Positions 37,044 through 49,199 of a DNA stretch of 64,000 nucleotides are shown here, piece by piece. Source of the stretch: an uncultured Pelagibacteraceae bacterium (GTDB lineage Bacteria; Pseudomonadota; Alphaproteobacteria; Pelagibacterales; Pelagibacteraceae). The notes under the pieces were generated by a model. That model did no database searches. It saw only the letters and a program-made list of their open reading frames with translations, and was not told the DNA's origin. The stretch is taken from assembly GCA_902595795.1 (NCBI GenBank), contig CACJRK010000003.1, positions 7,753 through 71,752 of the forward strand. The letters are read 5' to 3'. The position numbers and the translations under genes are program-made. Positions within the stretch are counted from its first letter, which is position 1; every line of letters begins with the position of its first letter.

Positions 37044-37966
37044 TATAAAAATGAACCCTTTTTAATTTGTGTTCCTAAAACAAATTCACCAATACTTTGA
37101 GGCTTTTTTCCTTGTCTTTGTATTTCTTTAATCTTTATTGATTTTTTATCTCCACATGAAATTTCTAAATAATCAGATAAAACCTCACCTGGTTTTCCTT
37201 GTGCTTGTCCAATATCTGCTTTTAATATTTTATATCTCTCACCCTTAAACATAAAATAAGCTCCAGGAGCTGGATAAAGTCCATTGATTTTACCAATTAT
37301 AATTTTAGCATTCTCTTTCCAATTTATTTGTCCCTCTAACTTTAGAATTTTTGAAGCATATGTAGCTGATGAATGATCTTGCTCTATAAAGTTAGCCTTA
37401 TCCTCGAAAATATCATCTATATTATCTAAAATTTTTTTTGCTGCCAAACTAGATAACTTTTCATTAATATCTTCAGCATTTAGATTATTGTCTATATTAA
37501 TTTTATAAACGTTACATACCGGTCCTGTGTCAAGCTCCTCTCTCATTTTCATAATACTTATCCCTATCTCTTTATCTAAATTCATAATTGATCTTTGAAT
37601 TGGAGCGGCACCTCTCCACTTTGGAAGAATAGATGCATGTATATTGATAAAACCTTTTTTAGTTAAATTTAGATATGACTCTGGTATTATTTGACCATAA
37701 GCAACAACTATTGCTAAATCTGCTTCTAATGATTTTAAATATTCAAATTCCTCTTTATTTTCTTTTAATGAATTTGGTGTTCTAAATTCTATATTTAAAG
37801 TTTCTGAAATTAATTGAACAGGGGACTTATTAATTTTTTGACCCCTTTTAGATCTTTTAGGGGGTTGAGTATAAACGCAAGATATAGGATATCCATTTTG
37901 GTAAAGTGATTTTAAAATAGGCACAGCAAACATGGGCGTGCCCATAAAAACTATTTTTTTTACCAT
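37043..37966 (-). CDS. fmt: Methionyl-tRNA formyltransferase
   Basis: FMGTP, NIHASILPKWRGAAPIQ. Confidence 0.96.
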   Translation of the reverse strand: MVKKIVFMGTPMFAVPILKSLYQNGYPISCVYTQPPKRSKRGQKINKSPVQLISETLNIEFRTPNSLKENKEEFEYLKSLEADLAIVVAYGQIIPESYLNLTKKGFINIHASILPKWRGAAPIQRSIMNLDKEIGISIMKMREELDTGPVCNVYKINIDNNLNAEDINEKLSSLAAKKILDNIDDIFEDKANFIEQDHSSATYASKILKLEGQINWKENAKIIIGKINGLYPAPGAYFMFKGERYKILKADIGQAQGKPGEVLSDYLEISCGDKKSIKIKEIQRQGKKPQSIGEFVLGTQIKKGSFL

Positions 37967-37969
37967 TGA

Positions 37970-38488
37970 TTAAGCTTCTGCAGAGGTAGATTTTAATTTT
38001 GATAATTTTTTAATTATCATTGATCTTTTTAATTTTGATAGATAATCAATAAATAATATACCTTCTAAATGATCCATTTCATGCTGTATACATGTTGCAA
38101 GTAGACCATCCGCTTTTAGCAATTTTTTTTTTCCATCATAATCTAAGTATTCAACTTCACATTTACTAGGTCTATCAATTTCTGCAAACTGATTTGGCAC
38201 AGAAAGACATCCCTCCTCGTAAGTTGCTTTTAGTGGATCTTTATTTTTAATAACTGGATTTACAAAATATCTTGGCTCTTTTTTATTCTCATCTTTGCTT
38301 AAATCCATTACAATAATTCTCTTTGGTACCCCAACTTGTATAGCCGCAAGACCGATTCCATTTGCCTCATACATTGTCTCAAGCATATCATCCATCAATA
38401 GTTGTTCTTTTTTTCCAACACTATTAACTGGTTTAGAAATTTGTCTGAGCAACTTATTGGGTTCTGTTATTATAGTTCTGATAGCCAT
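37970..38488 (-). CDS. def: Peptide deformylase
   Basis: GIGLAAIQ, EGCLS, QHEMDH. Confidence 0.97.
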   Translation of the reverse strand: MAIRTIITEPNKLLRQISKPVNSVGKKEQLLMDDMLETMYEANGIGLAAIQVGVPKRIIVMDLSKDENKKEPRYFVNPVIKNKDPLKATYEEGCLSVPNQFAEIDRPSKCEVEYLDYDGKKKLLKADGLLATCIQHEMDHLEGILFIDYLSKLKRSMIIKKLSKLKSTSAEA

Positions 38489-38514
38489 AACTGAATATTA
38501 TTTTATTATAATTT

Positions 38515-40278
38515 TTATACTTTTAAAGGAAGAACTTTTAGCAAAAGTTTATTTCTAATTAAATCAACATTTAATTGGTTTAATGTGTTAATAATAAAAT
38601 AAACTGTATCTTCATCAATATTTTCTATTTTATCAGGACCAATTACCTCAATTATTCTAAGCAATGCAGCTCCCATCTCATTATTATCTATCATTGTTTG
38701 TATATCTGCAGGCATTTCAGATTGCTTTATTTCGTAGAGACCATCATATTTTTTTGGAATTTCAATACCGTCAGATTTAAGCGCTTCTAAAAAAATTATA
38801 TCTTTTTTTGATAATAAATATTTTTTATCTTTTTTAATTTTCTTTAAAAATTTATTTAAATCATCTTCAATTTTAGATTTTGCATAATCTCCATTAAAAT
38901 AATTTATAAGTTTTGATTGATGTAAAATTTTACTATTGTATTTAATTTTTTTGACGGTAGTTTCTTTTTTATTTAAATTACTATTATAAAATGTTGTAAA
39001 GTTTGAAGGTACATCTTCGACATTGATATCACCTAAAAATTTTTTTAATTCCAAATCAAAAGCATCACCTATATTATCAGAAATAAATAAATCCTTTAAA
39101 ATTTTAATAAATTCTAATTTAAGTTTTGTTTCTTCTGTTAAAAGAGTTCGTTGATACAAAAGAGCACGTCCCTCAATTGAAGACAAAGATTTATATGCCT
39201 CTTTTGCATTTAAAAATTGGCTAAAATTAAACTGAAATTTTTTATAAAATTCAAACAACTCCTCTTCGGAATAGTTTTTGTCATTAACAGCTTTTTCTAT
39301 TGTAGAAATTTTTTCTACATCAGTAATTTCTACATCCTGAATTTTATAGAGTAAATTGGCAGCTGAAAGATATTTCCAAATTATTTTAGGAGTATCTTGA
39401 TTTGGTTCATAAGAAAACTCAGAATTTGTTCTGTGGGCTAAATGAAAATCTAAAATTGAGTTTATTGATATTTCTTTATCTACTTCATCTATATATCCAA
39501 ATAAATAATTAATTTTGTTTTCGTAATAATTATCTTCAAAACCTAACTCTTTTTTTAAATCTAGAATTAATTGTGCTTCTTCATTTTTTCCATAATTAAT
39601 TAAACAATATAAATTAAATTTAGATAAATATTCATCTTGGATAGGTTCAAGATTTTTTGAAAAAATCTCACATGATTTTTTTACATTTGATTCTGATAAA
39701 TAACTATCAACTAAATATCTTGTCAGATCTGGATGTAAATTTATTATTTGATTTTTAATTAAATATTCTTCTATTAATTGTAAGTTTGCATCTTTTATTA
39801 ACCAATCAGATTTAAAGCTCATGAATTCTTGCTCTGTAATATTTTGATTTGGAGTATGAGCATTAGTTAGTAAAGATATATGCATTATATCAGATGCATC
39901 CTCCGAGAGATTAAACTTACTAATATTCTGAAAGAGATTTTTTAATTTTGTTCCATCTGAATTTGACCACATATCCATACTTAGACCGTATTCACTTGGA
40001 TCGTATAACCCAACAATTTTAATTTCTTTTGATAAAAATTCTTTTTCAAGTTTAATTGTATCATTTTGTTTATTTGTTTGTAATTCATAAACACTATTCT
40101 GATTATTGCTTTCAGCGTCTTCACTTAAAATGTTAGTCTCTGAAATAATTTGAGTATCTTTTTTATCTATATTCCAAATATCAATTGGTTTTTCCTCGGC
40201 AAATACTGGTATAAGAAATATAAGATAAGCTAATTGAATTGTAAAAATTTTCTTATTTAACGATTTTAAAATTTTCAT
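38515..40278 (-). CDS. Large helical hypothetical protein with probable signal peptide
   Basis: Start at ATG 40278 gives MKILK...LIFLIPVFA-EE (signal peptide-like); VGLYDP..YGL..DMWSNS motif; predicted helical repeats. Confidence 0.7.
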   Translation of the reverse strand: MKILKSLNKKIFTIQLAYLIFLIPVFAEEKPIDIWNIDKKDTQIISETNILSEDAESNNQNSVYELQTNKQNDTIKLEKEFLSKEIKIVGLYDPSEYGLSMDMWSNSDGTKLKNLFQNISKFNLSEDASDIMHISLLTNAHTPNQNITEQEFMSFKSDWLIKDANLQLIEEYLIKNQIINLHPDLTRYLVDSYLSESNVKKSCEIFSKNLEPIQDEYLSKFNLYCLINYGKNEEAQLILDLKKELGFEDNYYENKINYLFGYIDEVDKEISINSILDFHLAHRTNSEFSYEPNQDTPKIIWKYLSAANLLYKIQDVEITDVEKISTIEKAVNDKNYSEEELFEFYKKFQFNFSQFLNAKEAYKSLSSIEGRALLYQRTLLTEETKLKLEFIKILKDLFISDNIGDAFDLELKKFLGDINVEDVPSNFTTFYNSNLNKKETTVKKIKYNSKILHQSKLINYFNGDYAKSKIEDDLNKFLKKIKKDKKYLLSKKDIIFLEALKSDGIEIPKKYDGLYEIKQSEMPADIQTMIDNNEMGAALLRIIEVIGPDKIENIDEDTVYFIINTLNQLNVDLIRNKLLLKVLPLKV

Positions 40279-40435
40279 TTGGAATAATTTTTTCAATTTC
40301 TTTTTTAGGTGCAGGAAAATCAATTGTATTTAGAAAAAAAATAATACCTAAAATAACCCCTAATAAAATTATAGATTTTATAACAAGTCCAAAGATACTT
40401 CCTTTACCTGAACTTGTATTTTTTATGAATTGCAT
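40253..40435 (-). CDS. Small single-TM hypothetical protein
   Basis: 60 aa with one hydrophobic stretch and P.P...IEK.IP tail; divergent from aroK. Confidence 0.65.
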   Translation of the reverse strand: MQFIKNTSSGKGSIFGLVIKSIILLGVILGIIFFLNTIDFPAPKKEIEKIIPNENFKIVK

Positions 40436-40492
40436 ATACTTTTAGATAATTTCAAATTAAGACATATTTATGTTTTTTCAATAAAGAAACTT

Positions 40493-41005
40493 ATGAAATC
40501 AAAAGAAAATCTAGTTTTTTTAGGAATGATGGGATCAGGAAAGAGCTCTATCGGATTATTAGTTGCAAAGAAATTAAAATTAAATTTTGTAGACGTTGAT
40601 GCTGAAATTGAAAAAAATTTGAATGCTACAATAAAAAAAATTTTTGAAAGTAAGGGTGAAGATTATTTTAGAAAGATTGAGGAACAGACAACATTAAAAA
40701 AACTTAAATTAAGGTCTACGGTAATTTCTCTTGGTGGAGGAGCATTTACAAATAATAATATTAGAAAGGAAATTTTAAAAAATCATTTATCTTTTTGGCT
40801 CAATTGGGATGATAAAATATTGTTAAATAGAATAAAAAATAGCAAGAAAAGACCACTAGCTATTAATGCAACTGATTTAGAGTTAATTGATTTAATAAAG
40901 AAAAGGTCTAACATTTACTCTAAAGCGTTATATGAAATAAAGTGTGATAATCTTACTAAAGATGAAATAGTAAATATAATTGTAAAAATTTATGAAACTA
41001 ACTAA
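40493..41005 (+). CDS. aroK: Shikimate kinase
   Basis: GMMGSGKS, GEDYFR..E, SLGGG, RPL; start at ATG 40493. Confidence 0.93.
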   Translation: MKSKENLVFLGMMGSGKSSIGLLVAKKLKLNFVDVDAEIEKNLNATIKKIFESKGEDYFRKIEEQTTLKKLKLRSTVISLGGGAFTNNNIRKEILKNHLSFWLNWDDKILLNRIKNSKKRPLAINATDLELIDLIKKRSNIYSKALYEIKCDNLTKDEIVNIIVKIYETN

Positions 41006-42098
41006 GTTAAATATAATAACTAAAAATGAAAAGTACCCAATAATTATTGGATCAAATTTAACCTCAAATATATCAAAAATTTTAAAATTAAATTCTATCG
41101 ATTTTAAAAAATGTCTTCTAGTTATAGATAAAAATATCCCAAAAAAATTTATTTCAAATATTAAAAGGTCTTTAAAAAAAAAAGAATTAAATACTTTGTT
41201 TTTTAATGCCAGTGAAAAAAATAAAAATCTTAATAGTGTAAATAAAATTCTAGAAATTTTGTTAACAAAAAACTTCACAAGAAATGATTGTTTAATTTCT
41301 TTAGGAGGAGGAATCACAGGAGATGTAAGTGGTTTTGCAGCTAGTCTCTTTAAAAGAGGTTTAAAGTTTGTAAATATTCCAACTACTCTTTTAGCACAAG
41401 TTGACTCATCTATAGGTGGTAAAACTGGAGTCAATTCTAGACATGGTAAAAATTTAATAGGAAGTTTTTATCAACCATCATTAGTTCTCTCGGATACACA
41501 ATTTCTTAAATCATTATCAAAAAGACAGATAATTTGTGGATATGGAGAAGTATTGAAGCATTCATTAATTGATAATAAAAAATTTTTTTATTTCTTAGAT
41601 AAAAATTTACAAGAAATTTTAAATCTTTCTTCTCCCTTTATTGAGAAAGCAATTTATCAAAGTTGTAAAATTAAAAAAAAGATAGTTGAAAAAGATGAAA
41701 AAGAAATTGGGTTAAGAAAAGTTTTAAATTTTGGTCATACATTTGGACATGCGTATGAGGCATGCTTAGGATACAGCTATAAACTAAATCATGGAGAAGC
41801 TGTTATACTTGGAATGAAAACTGCACTTAATTTTAGTTTAAGTAAAAACATTCTAAGTAAAAGTGAACATAATTTAATTATAAATCATATAGATAATTCG
41901 GATCTATCTTTTTCGATAAAAAAGTATTTTTCTATTAATGATTTAAATAAAATTTTATCTTTCATGATTAAAGACAAAAAAAATAATTCTGCAAAAATTA
42001 ATCTAGTTTTATTAAAAAAAATCGGTAAGCCAATTTTCAACAAACACTACTCCAAAAAAAACTTAAGTTTATTTCTAAGAAAATTTTTAATTAATTAA
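40992..42098 (+). CDS. aroB: 3-dehydroquinate synthase
   Basis: LGGGITGD, PTTLLAQVDSSIGGKTGVN, LNFGHTFGHA, HGEAV. Confidence 0.96.
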   Translation: MKLTKLNIITKNEKYPIIIGSNLTSNISKILKLNSIDFKKCLLVIDKNIPKKFISNIKRSLKKKELNTLFFNASEKNKNLNSVNKILEILLTKNFTRNDCLISLGGGITGDVSGFAASLFKRGLKFVNIPTTLLAQVDSSIGGKTGVNSRHGKNLIGSFYQPSLVLSDTQFLKSLSKRQIICGYGEVLKHSLIDNKKFFYFLDKNLQEILNLSSPFIEKAIYQSCKIKKKIVEKDEKEIGLRKVLNFGHTFGHAYEACLGYSYKLNHGEAVILGMKTALNFSLSKNILSKSEHNLIINHIDNSDLSFSIKKYFSINDLNKILSFMIKDKKNNSAKINLVLLKKIGKPIFNKHYSKKNLSLFLRKFLIN

Positions 42099-42347
42099 AA
42101 TCTGAATTGAATGAATAAATTCTTTTAATTCTTGATCTAAAATCTTATAAACTTTTTTATTACTTTCAATTTTATTCATTTTTTTTAGTTCTTTAGAAAC
42201 AATAATTATTTTTAAATGAAATTTTCCTTCTTGATTGCCCTTGTGATTTTTATGAAGAAAAGATTTATCTTCAATATTTATACTTTCAATATTTATTCGA
42301 TTTGATAATTTTTTTTTTACAATTGCAATTAGCTCATTTATATCCAT
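42087..42347 (-). CDS. bolA: BolA-family protein
   Basis: EDKSFLH..H, HLKIIIVS, IHSIQI; aroB/bolA/J-domain synteny. Confidence 0.8.
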   Translation of the reverse strand: MDINELIAIVKKKLSNRINIESINIEDKSFLHKNHKGNQEGKFHLKIIIVSKELKKMNKIESNKKVYKILDQELKEFIHSIQILIN

Positions 42348-42364
42348 ATATATTATTATATATC

Positions 42365-42898
42365 ATGAAAAATATTTGTGACTGGAATAATTGTAATGAA
42401 ATAGGTGAATACAAGGCACCTGTTGAAAAAGATAATAGTAAAAAATTTAGAATGCTTTGCCTTAAACATGTTAAAGAATTTAATAAAAATTGGAATTACT
42501 TCTCAGGAATGAATGATGATCAAGTAATGGATTTTTTAAAATCTGATATGATCTGGCACAAACCTACACAAAGCTTTAGCTCATCAGACAACTTTTTTAA
42601 GGTTTTATGGAACACTACTTTGAGAGATGAACTTGATAAAGAAAAAATAAATGGAGATTACAATCATATGCGTCAATTTAAATTTGATCATAAAGATATA
42701 AAAGCTTTTGGAATACTTGGGGTTTCAGTTGGTTTAAAGTGGAAAAAAATACAGGATAAATTCAAAGTTCTTGTGAAAAAATTTCACCCTGATATGAATT
42801 CCGGAAATAAAAAATATGAAGAAAAATTAAAACTTATAACATTAGCTTATACTCAATTAAAAAATACATATAGGGCAAAAATTGACACCAGATCTTAA
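42365..42898 (+). CDS. J-domain protein with N-terminal Cys/His (putative Zn) domain
   Basis: CDWNNC...YKAP...[16 protein letters not shown] and C-terminal KFHPD; start at ATG 42365. Confidence 0.85.
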   Translation: MKNICDWNNCNEIGEYKAPVEKDNSKKFRMLCLKHVKEFNKNWNYFSGMNDDQVMDFLKSDMIWHKPTQSFSSSDNFFKVLWNTTLRDELDKEKINGDYNHMRQFKFDHKDIKAFGILGVSVGLKWKKIQDKFKVLVKKFHPDMNSGNKKYEEKLKLITLAYTQLKNTYRAKIDTRS

Positions 42899-43856
42899 CA
42901 CAGAACCTGATATTAAAGTTTCATTAAAACAAACTTTTGGAATTGACTCGGAAATGGAAGTAGATGCATTTTCAAAAAAGAATGAGTACGTTCCTGAAAT
43001 TGATAAAAACTATAAATTTGATAGAGATACTACACTAGCCATTATTTCAGGATTTGCTTTTAATAAAAGAGTTTTAGTTCAAGGTTATCATGGAACTGGC
43101 AAATCTACACACATTGAACAAATTGCTGCAAGATTAAATTGGCCTTGTATTCGAGTAAATTTAGATAGTCACGTGAGTAGAATAGATTTGATTGGAAAAG
43201 ATGCGATTGTTCTTAAAGAAGGTAAACAAGTAACTCAGTTTAAAGAAGGAATTTTACCTTGGTCAATACAAAATCCTGTTGCGCTTGTTTTTGATGAATA
43301 TGATGCTGGAAGACCAGATGTTATGTTTGTAATCCAAAGAGTTTTAGAAGCTGAGGGTAATTTTACATTGCTAGATAAAAATAAGGTAATTAAGCAAAAC
43401 AAATTTTTTAGATTATTTGCTACATCAAATACTGTGGGTCTAGGTGATACAACAGGTCTTTATCATGGAACACAGCAAATAAACCAAGGGCAAATGGATA
43501 GATGGAATATTGTAACTACATTAAATTATCTGAGCTTAGATAGAGAAATGGATATTATTTTATCAAAAAATAAAAACTTAAATAATGTAAAGGGAAAAGA
43601 AAAAGTTGCTAATATGATTAAGGTAGCATCCTTAACTCGTAAAGGGTTTATAGCTGGTGATATTTCAACTGTAATGAGCCCTAGAACTGTATTACACTGG
43701 GCTGAAAACTCAGAGATATTTAAAGACACTGGTTACGCTTTTAGAGTAACTTTTCTAAATAAATGTGATGATATTGAAAAAAATACTATCGCAGAATATT
43801 ATCAAAGATGTTTTGGAGAAGAATTACCAGAGTCTTTGGTTAATATTCAAATTTAA
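42882..43856 (+). CDS. cobS: CobS-type AAA+ (MoxR-like) ATPase (TTG start)
   Basis: [34 protein letters not shown]. Confidence 0.92.
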   Translation: MTPDLNTEPDIKVSLKQTFGIDSEMEVDAFSKKNEYVPEIDKNYKFDRDTTLAIISGFAFNKRVLVQGYHGTGKSTHIEQIAARLNWPCIRVNLDSHVSRIDLIGKDAIVLKEGKQVTQFKEGILPWSIQNPVALVFDEYDAGRPDVMFVIQRVLEAEGNFTLLDKNKVIKQNKFFRLFATSNTVGLGDTTGLYHGTQQINQGQMDRWNIVTTLNYLSLDREMDIILSKNKNLNNVKGKEKVANMIKVASLTRKGFIAGDISTVMSPRTVLHWAENSEIFKDTGYAFRVTFLNKCDDIEKNTIAEYYQRCFGEELPESLVNIQI

Positions 43857-45656
43857 ATGAGCTCAAAAGAAACCAATTTAAAAGAAAAATTCCGAATTGC
43901 TTTAAACTCAACAGCAAAAGTGATTTCTGATGATATAGATTTAAATAAAAAAAACCCAGAAGATAAAAAAACTAAAGATATTATTTCAATAGAATTAGAT
44001 AATTTAACTAATCCAAGTGATTTTATAAGACTACGTGCTGAAAGTGACTCAAGGGCACTTAAAAAAAAATTTTCTGATGATTTAATTTATAAAAAAAATT
44101 TACCTAGCAATAATTCTTCAAGATCGCTTTACAATATCGCAGAAAAAATTAGATATGAGGCCTTAGGTGGCCAAATGCTTAAAGGTATAGAAAAAAACTT
44201 TCGTGAAAATTATTCTCAAATAATTAATCGTAAAAGAAAAGATAAATTAATTACAAAAGAAGATGTCCCCGTGACAGAAGCTTTTGAGTTATACATGCTT
44301 AAAAACTTTCATAAAATTAAGTTAAACCCTTTAACTTCCAGTATGTTAAATTTTTGGGAAAAAGATTTTGAGAAATCTATTGAAAAACATAAAGAATTTT
44401 TAATAAATAATCTAGAAGATCAAAACATCTATGCATCTAAGTTTTCTCAAATTTTAGAAGAAATGGATATTTTTCAAAGTGAAGAAGACGAAAAAAAAGA
44501 GGAGGAAAATCAAGATAAAGGTCAAGATAATCCCTCAAATGATGATCAGAATAGTGATAATGAGGATAACAAAGATGAAAACAACAATCAGGAAACCCAA
44601 GCAACTCTAGATGCAGATTATAGCATCGATGAATTTAACTTAGATGAACAACTAAACGATGTTGAGTCAGATGAACAAAGTTCTGATCAAATAGTAAAAA
44701 AAAATATAGATAATATTAATTTAGATTATAAAATTTTTACGACTCAGTTTGATGAAATTACAAAAGCAGAAAATTTAGAAAATATCGATGAGATAGCAAA
44801 ACTTAGGAGAAACTTAGACCAACAACTAGTTGGTTTTCAAGATGTAATAACTAAACTTGCAAATAAACTTCAAAGGCAATTACTTGCAAAACAAAATAGA
44901 GCGTGGGAATTTGATTTGGAGGAAGGTCTACTTGATAGCTCAAAACTTCCAAGAATTATTATGGACCCTTATAATTCTTTATCATTTAAGAAAGAAAAAG
45001 ATTTAGATTTTAAAGATACAGTAGTAACTTTATTAATAGATAATTCTGGATCTATGAGAGGAAGACCAATTACTATTGCAGCTATTTGTGCAGATATTTT
45101 ATCTAGAACACTAGAGAGATGCTCTGTCAAAGTTGAAATTTTAGGTTTTACAACTAAAAATTGGAAAGGTGGACAAAGTAGAGAGTTGTGGACAAAGAGC
45201 TCAAAACCTAAAACACCTGGTAGATTAAATGATTTAAGGCACATTATATATAAAAGTGCTGACGCTCATTGGAGACAAGCAAAAAATAATTTAGGACTAA
45301 TGCTTAAAGAAGGCTTACTTAAAGAGAATATTGATGGTGAAGCAATATCATGGGCTTACAATAGAATTAAGAAAAGAAAAGAAGAAAGAAAAATTTTGAT
45401 GGTAATTTCTGACGGGGCCCCCGTGGATGATTCAACTCTTTCTGTAAATTCAGGAGACTTTTTAGAAAAACATTTAAAAAAAATTGTTAAATTTATTGAA
45501 AATAAATCTGATGTCGAGGTTTTAGCTATTGGAATAGGTCATGATGTTTCAAGATATTATAAAAAAGCAATAAAAATTACTGATGTAAATGAGCTCGGAG
45601 ATGTTATGATATCTCAATTAAGTTCTTTATTTGAAAATAAAAAGAAACTTCACTAA
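43857..45656 (+). CDS. cobT: CobT-type VWA protein
   Basis: Acidic linker, DNSGSM (MIDAS), [19 protein letters not shown]. Confidence 0.92.
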   Translation: MSSKETNLKEKFRIALNSTAKVISDDIDLNKKNPEDKKTKDIISIELDNLTNPSDFIRLRAESDSRALKKKFSDDLIYKKNLPSNNSSRSLYNIAEKIRYEALGGQMLKGIEKNFRENYSQIINRKRKDKLITKEDVPVTEAFELYMLKNFHKIKLNPLTSSMLNFWEKDFEKSIEKHKEFLINNLEDQNIYASKFSQILEEMDIFQSEEDEKKEEENQDKGQDNPSNDDQNSDNEDNKDENNNQETQATLDADYSIDEFNLDEQLNDVESDEQSSDQIVKKNIDNINLDYKIFTTQFDEITKAENLENIDEIAKLRRNLDQQLVGFQDVITKLANKLQRQLLAKQNRAWEFDLEEGLLDSSKLPRIIMDPYNSLSFKKEKDLDFKDTVVTLLIDNSGSMRGRPITIAAICADILSRTLERCSVKVEILGFTTKNWKGGQSRELWTKSSKPKTPGRLNDLRHIIYKSADAHWRQAKNNLGLMLKEGLLKENIDGEAISWAYNRIKKRKEERKILMVISDGAPVDDSTLSVNSGDFLEKHLKKIVKFIENKSDVEVLAIGIGHDVSRYYKKAIKITDVNELGDVMISQLSSLFENKKKLH

Positions 45657-46933
45657 ATATTAAATAAATCCTTATTATTCCATCTAATAATTACTTCCGC
45701 TCCACTTCTAGTTTTAGAATTTCTACAATTAATTGAAGCAAAATTTTTTTCTAAGAGCGTTTTTCCAATAAATAATCCAAGTCCTAGACCAGTTTTAGAT
45801 TTTTCTATCGGATCATTTGATTTTAAATATGGTTCTCCAATTTTAGACAAAATATCTCTTGGATAACCACTGCCATCATCTTCTACTGTAATCTCGGTGA
45901 TTTCACTGTCACTTTTTAAATTAATAAAAATAGTATTTTTCGCAAATTTATTAGCATTTCCTATAAAATTTCTTAATCCATAAACAACTTCTATTGATTT
46001 ACTTATTTTTTTTGGATTAGAGTCCTGATCAAAATTGAAGACAAACTCATTCTTACTTATTTCCCTAAATGATAAAATAATTTCATTCAAATAATCTCTA
46101 ATATTAATATCTTTATCAATAAACTCATCTTCCTCCACAGGATTTAATGTTAATCGCTTCAAAATTTTATTGCATCGATCAACTTGACTATTTAATAATT
46201 CTATATCTTTTTCTAAATCTTTTTGTCCTTTAAATTGTTTCATTAAATCATGAGCGATTATTGTTATTGTTGAAAGTGGAGTACCTAAAGAATGTGCCGC
46301 TGCAGCCGCTTGGCCACCTAAGGATAAAAGTTCGTGTTCTTTAGCCATCACTTCTTCCATTTTTCCTAGCGCCTCTTTTCTCAATCTAGATTGTGTTCCA
46401 AATGTCATTGCAAAGTAGTTTAAAAAAACTAAAGCAATAATTAAAGATGTTGGAATAGAGTAATAAAAATAATGATTATTATGAAAATCACTATTTAAAT
46501 TAATTGGTAAATCTTCATAATTAAATGTTAAAAACATAATTATAATTATTGTTAAAATTACTAACATAGTATTAGTTCTAAAACTTAAATTTGATGAAGA
46601 AAAAACACTTGGAATTAATATAAAAATTACAAATGGATTAGTTATTCCACCAGATAAATAAAGAAGAACACCTAATTGTAAAATGTCTATAAGTAGAAAT
46701 AAAAAAGCAGATCTATCTGATAGTTGTGTTTTTTTATAAATAAAAATTAAATATAAATTACTTAATACACCTAAAGATATAACTATATTTGATGTAAAAA
46801 AATGAAAATTAGAATTTAGAAAAAAATATACAAAATTTACTGCAATTAATTGTCCTATAATTCCGATCCATCTTAATGTTATATAAGTTGATTTTTTAAA
46901 TGAATGATATTTTGAAGTTTCAAAAAACTTCAT
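45653..46933 (-). CDS. regB: RegB/PrrB/ActS-family redox sensor histidine kinase
   Basis: LRW, GGITNPF quinone motif, [12 protein letters not shown]-box, RC redox Cys, [13 protein letters not shown]. Confidence 0.88.
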   Translation of the reverse strand: MKFFETSKYHSFKKSTYITLRWIGIIGQLIAVNFVYFFLNSNFHFFTSNIVISLGVLSNLYLIFIYKKTQLSDRSAFLFLLIDILQLGVLLYLSGGITNPFVIFILIPSVFSSSNLSFRTNTMLVILTIIIIMFLTFNYEDLPINLNSDFHNNHYFYYSIPTSLIIALVFLNYFAMTFGTQSRLRKEALGKMEEVMAKEHELLSLGGQAAAAAHSLGTPLSTITIIAHDLMKQFKGQKDLEKDIELLNSQVDRCNKILKRLTLNPVEEDEFIDKDINIRDYLNEIILSFREISKNEFVFNFDQDSNPKKISKSIEVVYGLRNFIGNANKFAKNTIFINLKSDSEITEITVEDDGSGYPRDILSKIGEPYLKSNDPIEKSKTGLGLGLFIGKTLLEKNFASINCRNSKTRSGAEVIIRWNNKDLFNI

Positions 46934-46935
46934 TT

Positions 46936-48996
<2,061 letters not shown>

Positions 48997-49107
48997 TTAA
49001 ATTTTGGAAAAAGAAAATTATAACATTTTTTAAAAAAAATGCTTATTTATCTTCACTAAAGAACTGTAAAATCCTAAAATTATCTATGAAAAATAAGGCT
49101 TATTTGA

Positions 49108-49197
49108 TGGCGGAGAGAATGGGATTCGAACCCATGAAAGAATTGCTCCTTTACACGCTTTCCAAGCGTGCGCCTTCAACCACTCGGCCACCTCTCC
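49108..49197 (-). tRNA. tRNA-Ser(GGA)
   Basis: GGAGAGG...CACGC-TTGGAAA-GCGTG, long variable arm, GGTTCGAATCC, TTCTCTCC-G-CCA. Confidence 0.96.
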
Positions 49198-49199
49198 AA

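Noticed and set aside
40928-41434. 168-aa minus-strand ORF
   Set aside because: Antisense to aroK/aroB with no recognisable motifs; typical shadow frame
44480-44700. Low-complexity acidic Asp/Glu/Asn stretch
   Set aside because: Normal CobT acidic linker, not a DNA repeat element
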